Positions 8,196 to 16,979 of a DNA stretch of 56,578 nt are shown here, in pieces (the first letter of the stretch is position 1; every line of letters begins with the position of its first letter). The position numbers were made by a program, and so were the translations under genes. This DNA is from Nisaea sp. (GTDB lineage Bacteria; Pseudomonadota; Alphaproteobacteria; Thalassobaculales; Thalassobaculaceae). The stretch covers positions 1 through 56,578 of the forward strand of contig JBELLC010000002.1 in assembly GCA_042088965.1 (NCBI GenBank), read 5' to 3'. Under the pieces are notes generated by a model. The model made no database searches. It was not told the DNA's origin and saw only the letters and a list, made by a program, of their open reading frames with translations.

Positions 8196-9353
8196 ATGAC
8201 CTATCCTGACTTTTCGATTACCGATCACTTGCCCAAAACAATCCGCGCCCGCCATATTGATAATGGCAATGGCCTAAACATGCATTTTTTAGAAGCAGGC
8301 GCGGATCACCCGGACCGACCATGCCTGCTGTTACTGCACGGCTTTCCTGAATTGGCGTTCAGTTGGCGATATATCATGCCCGCCCTGGCGGAGGCTGGTT
8401 ATTATGTTATTGCCCCTGATCAACGCGGCTATGGCTGGACCTCAGGCCCAAAGGTTACCTATGAGAGCGATATTACAGCGTCTAAATTGTTGAACTTGGT
8501 GCAGGATCAGCTTGGCTTGCTGGCGGCCTTGGGCCGCGATCATGTGGCAGCTGTCATTGGCCATGATTTTGGCGCCCCGGTGGCAGCCAATGCCGCCATG
8601 ATCCGCCCTGATATTTTCCAATCAGCGGTTCTGATGAGCGCGCCGTTTGGCGGCCCGCCCGCCCTCGCCAACAGCCAAAAACAAAGCCCGGGCCTGGCGG
8701 GTGCCGGAGCCAATATTCATCACCAGATGGCCAATCTGGCGCGGCCACGAAAGCATTACCAATGGTACTATTCAACGCCAGAGGCAGATGCCGATATGTG
8801 TGCTGCACCGCAAGGTTTGCATGCTTTTTTACGCGCCTATTATCATGTCAAAAGCGCCGATTGGGCCGAAAACAAACCGTTTCAGCTGGCCGGGTGGCAG
8901 GCTGATGAACTGGCAAAAATGCCAACGTATTACATTATGGACCATGGCGAAAACATGGCCCAAACCGTTGCCCCCCATATGCCACCTGCGCCCCATATCG
9001 CCGCCTGTAAATGGTTATCTGAGGCTGATTTAACAGTTTATAGCAGGGCCTATGCCGCAACCACTTTTCAAGGCGGGTTGCAATGGTATCGCTGTGCCAC
9101 CAATCCACAGCTATCAGCAGAAATGCGGGTTTTTGCTGGCCGCACCCTGGATGTGCCAAGCCTGTTTATTGCCGGTCAATCTGATTGGGGCGTCTTCCAG
9201 AAACCTGGTGACTTTGAACGCATGCAAGACACAATCTGCCCGGATATGCGCGGTTGCCATCTTATCGACGGCGCGGGCCATTGGGTGCAGCAAGAACAGC
9301 CCGCTGCCGTCACCCACCACCTGCTTCATTTCCTCAATGGACTGAATCCCTAA
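8196..9353 (+). CDS. Alpha/beta hydrolase, epoxide-hydrolase-like
   Basis: LLLLHGFPELAFSWRY and the nucleophile-elbow motif GHDFGA are present. The start is moved to the ATG at 8196 (MTYPDF), with GGAG upstream. Confidence 0.8.
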   Translation: MTYPDFSITDHLPKTIRARHIDNGNGLNMHFLEAGADHPDRPCLLLLHGFPELAFSWRYIMPALAEAGYYVIAPDQRGYGWTSGPKVTYESDITASKLLNLVQDQLGLLAALGRDHVAAVIGHDFGAPVAANAAMIRPDIFQSAVLMSAPFGGPPALANSQKQSPGLAGAGANIHHQMANLARPRKHYQWYYSTPEADADMCAAPQGLHAFLRAYYHVKSADWAENKPFQLAGWQADELAKMPTYYIMDHGENMAQTVAPHMPPAPHIAACKWLSEADLTVYSRAYAATTFQGGLQWYRCATNPQLSAEMRVFAGRTLDVPSLFIAGQSDWGVFQKPGDFERMQDTICPDMRGCHLIDGAGHWVQQEQPAAVTHHLLHFLNGLNP

Positions 9354-9381
9354 GGTCTTGATCGCTTCGGTTTGGCCGCCT

Positions 9382-10572
9382 TTACATTACAGCGGGCACA
9401 GCACGACCGTTTTTAACCACCAAGCGATGGTTCTCCCGCTTGGCCACTTGATTAATGTCAGCAGAGGGGTCGCCCTCAACAATCAACATGTCAGCGATTT
9501 TACCTGCGGCGATTTCCCCCAGATCTGCTTTGCCCATCAAATCAGCACCATTGCCGGTCGAGATGGTTAGGGCGTCGATGGCGCTGATACCAATATCGAC
9601 CATATATGCCAGTTCAAGCGCGTTTTCACCGTGGAAGTTAAACGGTGTGCCCGCATCCGTGCCCATCGCGATCTTGCCGCCGGCACGGTAGAACTTTTGG
9701 ATGGCTTGGCGGTGGATATCTTCCACCCGCACCGCTTTATCGACCACATAATCTGGCACGCCCTGATCTTTAAAAGCGACGATATTTTTCACCGCCGCCA
9801 AGGTCGGTACCAGGAATGTGCCCTTGGCAAGCATTTCATCGATGCATTCCTGATCCATGAAAATCCCGTGCTCAATGGAATCAACCCCGCCACGCACGGC
9901 GTTCAAGATACCTTCAGCGCCCTGGGCATGGCTGGCACATGTCCGGTGAAAACGATGGCCTTCATGAATGCCTGCGGCCATTTCTTCAGCTGAATAATGG
10001 GCGTCTTCTGGATTAACGCCGCGTGTCATAACACCGCCTGTCGCCATAATCTTGATCAGATCAGAACCTGCGTGAATTTGCTCCCGAACCGCCTTGATAA
10101 CGTCATCAACGCCGTCTGCGACACGGCCATTTTGATTGCCATGACCGCCCGTCATACAAATAACCTTACCTGACGCCATGATGGTTGGGCCCAGCTGTGC
10201 CCCCGAATTACAGGCATCACGGACAGCAAATTCCAAAAAGTCTTTGCCGCCGCAATCGCGCAACCCGGTAATCCCGCCAGCCAATGTGTTTTGAGCGTTT
10301 TTCAGCGCCCGCATGACCAATTGCCCGGGGGCAAGTTGGGCCATACTGGCTGAGGGATTGGCCTCGCCTTCATAGACCAGATGCACGTGACAATCGATCA
10401 GCCCTGGCAACAAGGTTGCGCCCGAGGTATCCACGCGCGCACCCTGATAGCCCTCAAATTCTGCCAACGGCGCGACCGACTGAATTTGTCGACCGTCAAC
10501 CATCACGCCGTGATCATCGCGCATTTGTCCACGGCCATCAAAGATCCGGCCACCTGCATAAAGAACTGTCAT
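9382..10572 (-). CDS. Metal-dependent amidohydrolase family protein
   Basis: PGLIDCHVHL is the HxH metal site. There are also a downstream His and a TDAG Asp motif. 396 aa. Confidence 0.8.
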   Translation of the reverse strand: MTVLYAGGRIFDGRGQMRDDHGVMVDGRQIQSVAPLAEFEGYQGARVDTSGATLLPGLIDCHVHLVYEGEANPSASMAQLAPGQLVMRALKNAQNTLAGGITGLRDCGGKDFLEFAVRDACNSGAQLGPTIMASGKVICMTGGHGNQNGRVADGVDDVIKAVREQIHAGSDLIKIMATGGVMTRGVNPEDAHYSAEEMAAGIHEGHRFHRTCASHAQGAEGILNAVRGGVDSIEHGIFMDQECIDEMLAKGTFLVPTLAAVKNIVAFKDQGVPDYVVDKAVRVEDIHRQAIQKFYRAGGKIAMGTDAGTPFNFHGENALELAYMVDIGISAIDALTISTGNGADLMGKADLGEIAAGKIADMLIVEGDPSADINQVAKRENHRLVVKNGRAVPAVM

Positions 10573-10574
10573 GG

Positions 10575-11507
10575 TTATTCTCCTGAAATAGGCCGCTCAC
10601 GCGGGGTTTGAAAGGCGGCAAGTGCCGATATGTGCTGATCGATCCATGTTTTGTTTGGGCTGCTTTGCGGGCCCGCGGTGGTGCAGGCTAACCCTCCGGC
10701 AACGCTACCACGAACCAATGCATCCCCCAAGCTTGCTGCGTCATCCAGCGCCGCGGCAAAAGCCCCCACAAAAGCATCGCCGGCACCAACACTATCGACA
10801 GCACAAATATCCAAAGCAGGTACCTGCCAAACACTGCCGTCAGGGGTTGCCGCAATTAAACCATCGCTGCCAAGGGTGATAATGGCTGTCAGGTCATATT
10901 GTGCTGCGAGGCGTATCACCTGTAATTCTGGATTTTCGGAATCCGGCAATAGGACAGACGCTTCGCCACGATTAGCGATCAAAACATCCGTTTTAACCAG
11001 ACTTTGCGCATCAAGGGGCGCTGCTGGTGCCAGGTTGAGGATGACCTTGCAACCCGCATCCCGCGCCGCCGCAATCACCGCTTGATTGGTCGGGGTGGGG
11101 ATTTCCATTTGCAGGACCACAATGGTATCCGGCCCGAGCCAACCTGCCGGGAGTTGGTCAGCGGTAACGTGATTATTCGCCCCACTTGCCACGATGATTT
11201 GGTTTTCCGATTTTCGGTCAACCGCCACCATCGCTGTGCCGGTCGCCCCCGGCCGGGCATAGATGGCAGAAATATCCACATCTGCCGCCGCTAAACAATC
11301 GCGTGCTGCACCGGCAAAAACATCACTGCCAACGGCACCCACCATACGCGTTTCCGCGCCCGCACGGGCCGCCGCCACAGCTTGGTTGGCTCCCTTACCA
11401 CCAATATACAACTGATAGTGCGGACAAAGCACTGTTTCGCCTGCCTGCGGAAGGCTCTCTACAATAAAGAAAAGATCAGCATTAATCGAGCCAACAACCA
11501 CAATCAT
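10575..11507 (-). CDS. rbsK: Ribokinase / PfkB-family sugar kinase
   Basis: VVGSINADL, GGKGANQAVAAARAG and GAGDAFVGAFA are ribokinase signatures. I prefer the ATG at 11507, which has GAGG upstream. The ORF-track start is 11525. Confidence 0.75.
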   Translation of the reverse strand: MIVVVGSINADLFFIVESLPQAGETVLCPHYQLYIGGKGANQAVAAARAGAETRMVGAVGSDVFAGAARDCLAAADVDISAIYARPGATGTAMVAVDRKSENQIIVASGANNHVTADQLPAGWLGPDTIVVLQMEIPTPTNQAVIAAARDAGCKVILNLAPAAPLDAQSLVKTDVLIANRGEASVLLPDSENPELQVIRLAAQYDLTAIITLGSDGLIAATPDGSVWQVPALDICAVDSVGAGDAFVGAFAAALDDAASLGDALVRGSVAGGLACTTAGPQSSPNKTWIDQHISALAAFQTPRERPISGE

Positions 11508-11599
11508 AACCAACCTCAACCGCATGTTTCACGATTGGCAATGCTAGCAAGTCTTTACCGTGGTTTGAAGCCGCCGCAAACGCCGACGCTGTGATTGCT

Positions 11600-12187
11600 T
11601 TAGCCCAGCTTCACATCGCCCACTTCGATTGCTGCTTTTAAGGCGTCCAAACCAAGACTAATTTCCTCATACATCTCGCGATAGTGCTTAAGTTCCTGCA
11701 TTTCTGCAACCCGCATTGACGGCCGACCCGCACCACCCAGATCCAGTAGTTTGGCCAGATAGCGCCCCCGGACAGCTGCCGCTAAACGGGCAAGACCTTC
11801 AATTTCGGCACCCTGTACGTCAACGAGTGTGTCTTGCGCGATCTTCCGGCCTTCACTTTCCGCAAAACGATCCAATTCACGCACGTATTGCTTCGCATTC
11901 AAGGCATCGCTTGGGCCTTGATCAGTAACCCACACCGGCCGCCGATTGCGCGCACTGCCTGCGACCGGCCCAGAAGGTTGCCGCTTTTTCTGCGCCGATT
12001 GTGCCATAAATCCCGCATCTGGCTGCCCTGCCCGGCGGCTTTGTCGATCGCTAACAGGCATCCGCAACATATCAGCGACAGCGTTGGTGGAGACGACAAC
12101 TTTTGGGGATGCCGGCACAATTTCCTCGGGATAAGGCGACCAGTCCGGTTGCTTACCTTGTTTCGGTGAATACTCTGACAGTGACAT
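11600..12187 (-). CDS. Hypothetical protein with a basic, low-complexity N-terminal half and a helical C-terminal domain
   Basis: 195-aa ORF with a strong AAGGGAGA Shine-Dalgarno upstream of the ATG. I do not recognise a family. Confidence 0.6.
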   Translation of the reverse strand: MSLSEYSPKQGKQPDWSPYPEEIVPASPKVVVSTNAVADMLRMPVSDRQSRRAGQPDAGFMAQSAQKKRQPSGPVAGSARNRRPVWVTDQGPSDALNAKQYVRELDRFAESEGRKIAQDTLVDVQGAEIEGLARLAAAVRGRYLAKLLDLGGAGRPSMRVAEMQELKHYREMYEEISLGLDALKAAIEVGDVKLG

Positions 12188-12276
12188 ATTCGTCTCCCTT
12201 GCTGGTCATCTAAGACGCGGTATTGCCGCGCCATAAAATCAAAGCAAGAGACATGCCAACTCCAGATAAATGCACA

Positions 12277-12894
12277 TCAAACGGCCAGTCCAAGGGCCAC
12301 TGCGGCGGCAGCATCGGCGGGTAAATCCCCCTGCCGAAAAGCAATTTCTGCCTTAAAAATCATTGTCTGTGCAAAGGCGTCTTTGATCTCTCCTTGATAG
12401 GCCAGGCGGTGAACCTCGCCAAAGGGCAGCCATTGCAGGCTGATCGCCTCGCTCGCTTCCGGTTCTGGCGCGCCATGGCTCAAATTCCAGGCTAAAAACC
12501 CATACGCCCGTTCATCGGTAATGGCATTCGACAGGTCCATGCACAGCAGAGGGGCCCAGCCCGCCGCTGTGACCCCCATTTCTTCTTTTAATTCCCGTTC
12601 GGCGGCGTGCTGTGGGTCCTGATCCATCTTGCCGCCGCCCTCTGGCAGCTCCCAGCTATAATAGTCTCGGGGAAAGCGATGCTGTCCGACCAAACCGACC
12701 CGGCCTTCAGAATCAAGGGGCAAAATCCCAACCGCCCAATGGGCAATTTTGACCACCCCATATAGCCCAGGGTTGCCATTGGGATCGAGCACCTGATGCT
12801 CAACCACCTCTATCCACGGGTTTTGGTATTTGCTTTGCGCGTGGGTCGACTGCCAGCGCCGCTGATCACTGAAATCCATCTGGTCACCTTTCAA
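12277..12894 (-). CDS. NUDIX hydrolase (ADP-sugar pyrophosphatase-like)
   Basis: The Nudix box is present: GGGKMDQDPQHAAERELKEEMG. Confidence 0.8.
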   Translation of the reverse strand: MKGDQMDFSDQRRWQSTHAQSKYQNPWIEVVEHQVLDPNGNPGLYGVVKIAHWAVGILPLDSEGRVGLVGQHRFPRDYYSWELPEGGGKMDQDPQHAAERELKEEMGVTAAGWAPLLCMDLSNAITDERAYGFLAWNLSHGAPEPEASEAISLQWLPFGEVHRLAYQGEIKDAFAQTMIFKAEIAFRQGDLPADAAAAVALGLAV

Positions 12895-12921
12895 GGAATG
12901 TCACGGCGCAACAATGATCAA

Positions 12922-14502
12922 CTAACGCAGCTTAAAGCGTTGAATTTTGCCTGTTGCTGTTTTCGGTAAGGTCTCCACAAATTCATACCAGCGCGGGTAT
13001 TTATAGCGCGCCAAGCCATTTTTGCAGTGCGCTGTTAAGGCCGCAACCACGTCTGATGGCTCTGCCAGTGTCGCATCATTCAGAACCACAAAAGCTTTCG
13101 GCTTGACCAGATCATCATCGTCAACTGCACCAATAACGGCGGCTTCCAAAACCGCCGCATGCTCAATCAGTTTTGCTTCAATCTCAAAAGGCGAGCACCA
13201 AATCCCACCAACCTTCATCATGTCGTCACTACGGCCACAATACTGATAATAACCATCCTGATCACGGCAATAGCTGTCACCGGTATCGAGCCATCCATCA
13301 ACCATGGTCTGAGCTGTTTTCTCTGGGTTATTCCAATAGTAGCGCGCTGTTGACTGGCCTTGAATGAATAACCGGCCAATCTCGTCATCGCCGCATAAAT
13401 GACCATCTTCTGCAACAATCTTGGCATTATAACCTGGCACCAACTTGCCGCTGGCACCGGGTTTTATATCATCCACGCGGTTAGAAATGAAAATATGCAA
13501 CGCCTCGGTGGAGCCGATACCGTCTAAAATACTGGTACCGGTTTTATCCTGCCAGCGGCGCAGAATATCCCCAGGCAAAGCCTCGCCCGCGGACACACAC
13601 AGGCGCAGCGAGCTGACATCCCAATTGCTTGTTTCTAGCGCCCTTAGTTGCGCGGCATAAAGCGTTGGCACGCCAAAAAACAAACTTGGTTTAAATTGTT
13701 CAATGACCTTAAAAACGCCCTCTGGAGTGGGCGGATCTGGCAGCAACACAACGCTTGCACCAACCCATAGCGGAAAGCTCATCGCATTGCCCAGTCCATA
13801 GGCAAAAAACAGTTTGGCAGCGGAAAAGCAGACATCATCAGCGCTGATATCCAACACTTCAACAGCATAGTTTTCACTTGTGACGACCATGTCACGATGG
13901 GCATGCACAGCACCTTTAGGCGTCCCTGTTGTGCCTGATGAGTAAAGCCAAAAACAATCGTCTTCGGCCTGCGCTGGGACCGCATCAAGCTGCGCGCTGG
14001 CATCTGCCATTTGCGTCTCAAAACTGTCCACGGCCCCTTCTGTCAGAACCGCATGCGCTGGCCGCACATCCGCCGCAGCTAATGCAGGCTCTATTTCAGC
14101 GCTGTATTCAGGCGCGTAAATCAGTGCCGCACAGCCAGAATCTGCGATAATGAAGGCGTAATCTTTGGCCCGCAGCAAGGTATTGATCGGCACAGGAACG
14201 AAACCTGCCTTAATGGCCCCCCAAAAAACATGGAAAAATGCCGGGCAGTCTTTCACGACCATCAGCACCCGGTCGCCTTGGGACAAGCCCATTGCGATCA
14301 ATGCATTGCCCGCACGGTTCACCGATTGCTGCAACGCGGCATAACTTTCGCGCCTGCCATCTACCGTTAAGATTGCTGTCCGGGCGCCATGGCCGACGTC
14401 CACATGGCGGTCGATAAAGGGAACCGCAACGTTGAAATTATTGGCAAAACTCAGATGTTGTTCACCGTTAATGGTGGTCTTTTTGAATTGATGATCCTGC
14501 AT
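12922..14502 (-). CDS. AMP-dependent aryl/acyl-CoA ligase (benzoate-CoA ligase family-like)
   Basis: It has the AMP-binding motif YSSGTTGTPKGAVH and a C-terminal GKIQRFKLR. The ATG at 14502 is preceded by AAGGAG. Confidence 0.8.
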   Translation of the reverse strand: MQDHQFKKTTINGEQHLSFANNFNVAVPFIDRHVDVGHGARTAILTVDGRRESYAALQQSVNRAGNALIAMGLSQGDRVLMVVKDCPAFFHVFWGAIKAGFVPVPINTLLRAKDYAFIIADSGCAALIYAPEYSAEIEPALAAADVRPAHAVLTEGAVDSFETQMADASAQLDAVPAQAEDDCFWLYSSGTTGTPKGAVHAHRDMVVTSENYAVEVLDISADDVCFSAAKLFFAYGLGNAMSFPLWVGASVVLLPDPPTPEGVFKVIEQFKPSLFFGVPTLYAAQLRALETSNWDVSSLRLCVSAGEALPGDILRRWQDKTGTSILDGIGSTEALHIFISNRVDDIKPGASGKLVPGYNAKIVAEDGHLCGDDEIGRLFIQGQSTARYYWNNPEKTAQTMVDGWLDTGDSYCRDQDGYYQYCGRSDDMMKVGGIWCSPFEIEAKLIEHAAVLEAAVIGAVDDDDLVKPKAFVVLNDATLAEPSDVVAALTAHCKNGLARYKYPRWYEFVETLPKTATGKIQRFKLR

Positions 14503-14547
14503 GCCTGCTCCTTTTTTTTTCAAAGGATAGACCAATTTTTGGTTGCT

Positions 14548-14910
14548 TCAAAGCATCAGGTGGTCACTCAGTGCTTGTATGTCTTGTTTGGAAAAGCCAA
14601 TGAACCATCGGTCCGCGATGGCAATCACCGGGCGCTTAATCAGCGTGGGGTTTTCGGCCAGAAACCCCGCCGCTGTGTCCATCGCAAGGGCAGCCTGCTG
14701 TCCGGCAGAATCTAATTTTCGCCAGGTTGTGCCGCGCTTGTTGACCAGTTTCTCAGCCCCTAAAGCGGCAAGCATTTGGCCCACAAGGGCTGCATCTATC
14801 CCGTCTTTGCGAAAATCATGAAAGCGATAATCAATCTCTTTATCAACAAGCCAGGCACGGGCTTTTTTAACCGTGTCACAATTGGGAATGCCATAAACTG
14901 TCATGCTCAT
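14548..14910 (-). CDS. ArsC/Spx-superfamily reductase, YffB-like
   Basis: VYGIPNCDTVKKARAWL is the N-terminal Cys motif, and the 120-aa length fits. The start overlaps the upstream stop (ATGA). Confidence 0.8.
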   Translation of the reverse strand: MSMTVYGIPNCDTVKKARAWLVDKEIDYRFHDFRKDGIDAALVGQMLAALGAEKLVNKRGTTWRKLDSAGQQAALAMDTAAGFLAENPTLIKRPVIAIADRWFIGFSKQDIQALSDHLML

Positions 14911-16061
14911 GATGTGGCCCGATCATATGTTTGAAAACGTTCGCGCATCTGGTAGGTGGCATCCAAAACAGCGCCGGCTAATTGCTGCGCCCTTTCTGGC
15001 GACCAACCCTGTTGCGCATCAGGTCGAGGTTGATGGTCCTTGAACGGCATTTCAAGGGTCATTGACAAGCAGCGAAAGCGGTCCGCCAGATAGCTGGTGC
15101 AAATCCGCAAATCCGCCCGTCCTGGCGAGGTTTTAGGATACCCAATTGCCGTTTGAAAATCGGGGCTAATACCTGCCAACAAAGACCGGTAATCATCCAA
15201 AACTGCCAAATGTGCTGGGCCCAAATCTGGAATCCCCTCATAGCCAGCAATGAAATTCACCGGCAAACCTTCATCACCATGCACATCAAGGCAGAAATCG
15301 ACCCCTGTTTCTACCATCCGCTCACGGACATGAAAAACCTCTGGCGCGGTCAGCAAATCGGCATCCCGCCACTCACGGTTCAGGTTTGCACCCGCCGCAT
15401 TGGTGCGCAAATGACCCCGAGCACTGCCATCGGGGTTCATATTTGGCACCACATAGCAGACGGCCTGTTCTAAGAGGGCTGCGGCCACCGCGTTCTGACG
15501 ATTGGCAAGTTGCTTGATAAGCCCCTCCATGAACCACTCGGCCATTGTCTCACCTGGATGTTGACGGGCAATGAACCAGAGGTTTTTGCGGCCCACCGCC
15601 GGTTCGCCAAAGCGCAAAATCTCAATATCACGGCCATCAAGAGTTTGGCCTGGCACCTCAAGATGGACATGGGGTTGGGCAACGGCCCCCGCAATTAAAT
15701 CGCTATGGCGTTCCATCGTGTAGGGGGCGAAATACGCAAAATAAACGGCATCAACAGGCGCTTGATAGCGAAAGCGCAAAATACCGTTTTGGTAGTCGGT
15801 TGGCACCCGAAACCAAGTTTGACGGTCATGACTGGCAACCACATGATAATCGTCCCAGCCCTTGGGGTAACTGCATGCCCCAGCATTTACAAGCGACACG
15901 GTGCAAGCCTGATCGCGGCACCCCGCGAGACGGAAATAAAACCATTGCCGAAAGTCAGCTTGGCCATCCGCCCGCACCTGCAGGTCAATTTTACCACTCG
16001 CTTGGTCGATCGTATCGACGACGATATTGCCGCCATCAAAAGCGGCATTTACAGTCAGCAT
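14907..16061 (-). CDS. M14-family zinc carboxypeptidase, cytosolic-carboxypeptidase (M14D) type with an N-terminal beta-sandwich domain
   Basis: ARQHPGETMAEW (HxxE zinc site), NMNPDG, NLNREW and DVHGDE are present. A domain of about 130 aa precedes the catalytic core. There is no signal peptide. Confidence 0.75.
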   Translation of the reverse strand: MLTVNAAFDGGNIVVDTIDQASGKIDLQVRADGQADFRQWFYFRLAGCRDQACTVSLVNAGACSYPKGWDDYHVVASHDRQTWFRVPTDYQNGILRFRYQAPVDAVYFAYFAPYTMERHSDLIAGAVAQPHVHLEVPGQTLDGRDIEILRFGEPAVGRKNLWFIARQHPGETMAEWFMEGLIKQLANRQNAVAAALLEQAVCYVVPNMNPDGSARGHLRTNAAGANLNREWRDADLLTAPEVFHVRERMVETGVDFCLDVHGDEGLPVNFIAGYEGIPDLGPAHLAVLDDYRSLLAGISPDFQTAIGYPKTSPGRADLRICTSYLADRFRCLSMTLEMPFKDHQPRPDAQQGWSPERAQQLAGAVLDATYQMRERFQTYDRATS

Positions 16062-16086
16062 GAAATTACAACTTTATGTTCGTGGT

Positions 16087-16962
16087 TTATGAATTTGCCG
16101 ATGACGCTATGTCAAAATAGCGGTTTTCGACAATCGTTTGGCTTTCGTAAATGGACCCTTGGCGTTTCGCTGGCGGGAACGGCATACGCACAGGGCAATC
16201 GGCGATCCGCGGCTGATTATGGGAGACGCCACGCAGCATTTTTGCTTCAAAGTCATCGAACCCGTCGCGCAAACCTGCCAGCGGCCAGGCATCTGCCGCC
16301 GCCACTTCCAGCAGCAACAATCGGCGCGCAGCGGTTGAGCGATTTTGTGCCGAGCCGTGAACCGCACGCACATGATGAAAACTGCAAGCTCCAGCCCGGC
16401 CAAGAACCAATTCAGCGGCACTGACATCGAGCTGATCTGGCGCAATAGCACCCGCAAAATGGCCGTCGTGATGATGGTCATAGGTTGGCCCCAAATGACT
16501 GCCTGGCAGCATCAGCATTGGGCCGTTTTCTTCGGTCATATCATCCAGCATCACACCCACCGCCAGAATATCGTCATTGGTATGCGGGTAGAATGCCCAG
16601 TCTTGGTGCCATTCAACTGGCGATCCATAGGCCGCCGCCTTGATGTTAATCTTGCTGCCATATAAGCGTAGATCAGGGCCGATCAACGCTTGCAGAATGC
16701 TCAATAGCTTTTCTTGGCGGGCCATCTGATCAAATAGAGGGTCGACATTTGTCGGCGATTTAATGCGCCGGACACGCGGCGCATCGGGGCGATGGTCTGG
16801 TTCAAGGTCATAGATATCATCATGGCTGTCAACCTGACAGGCCCCCGCCACCAAATCATCAAGGACCTGCCGCATGGCAGCAATTTCAGCAGCTGAGAAA
16901 ACGTTTTCCACAACGACAAAACCGTCTTGGTGATAGCGTTCTACATCTGCTGCCGAAATCAT
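16087..16962 (-). CDS. Phytanoyl-CoA dioxygenase (PhyH) family Fe(II)/2-oxoglutarate oxygenase
   Basis: N-terminal YHQDGFVVVENVF, an HxD-type motif (WHQDWAF) and a distal His (HGS) are present. 291 aa. Confidence 0.8.
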   Translation of the reverse strand: MISAADVERYHQDGFVVVENVFSAAEIAAMRQVLDDLVAGACQVDSHDDIYDLEPDHRPDAPRVRRIKSPTNVDPLFDQMARQEKLLSILQALIGPDLRLYGSKINIKAAAYGSPVEWHQDWAFYPHTNDDILAVGVMLDDMTEENGPMLMLPGSHLGPTYDHHHDGHFAGAIAPDQLDVSAAELVLGRAGACSFHHVRAVHGSAQNRSTAARRLLLLEVAAADAWPLAGLRDGFDDFEAKMLRGVSHNQPRIADCPVRMPFPPAKRQGSIYESQTIVENRYFDIASSANS

Positions 16963-16979
16963 TTTCCTGCCCTCTTAGG

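Noticed and set aside
15705-16424. Long antisense ORFs. This 239-aa plus-strand ORF spans the M14/PhyH junction. Similar ones are at 35057..35659, 26993..27529, 52341..52961, 17952..18500, 3314..3820, 28082..28552 and 23929..24435.
   Set aside because: Each lies opposite a gene with clear family motifs. Their translations are rich in R/P/A/G, as expected for the reverse frame of GC-rich coding DNA. None has a convincing ribosome-binding site or a recognisable domain.
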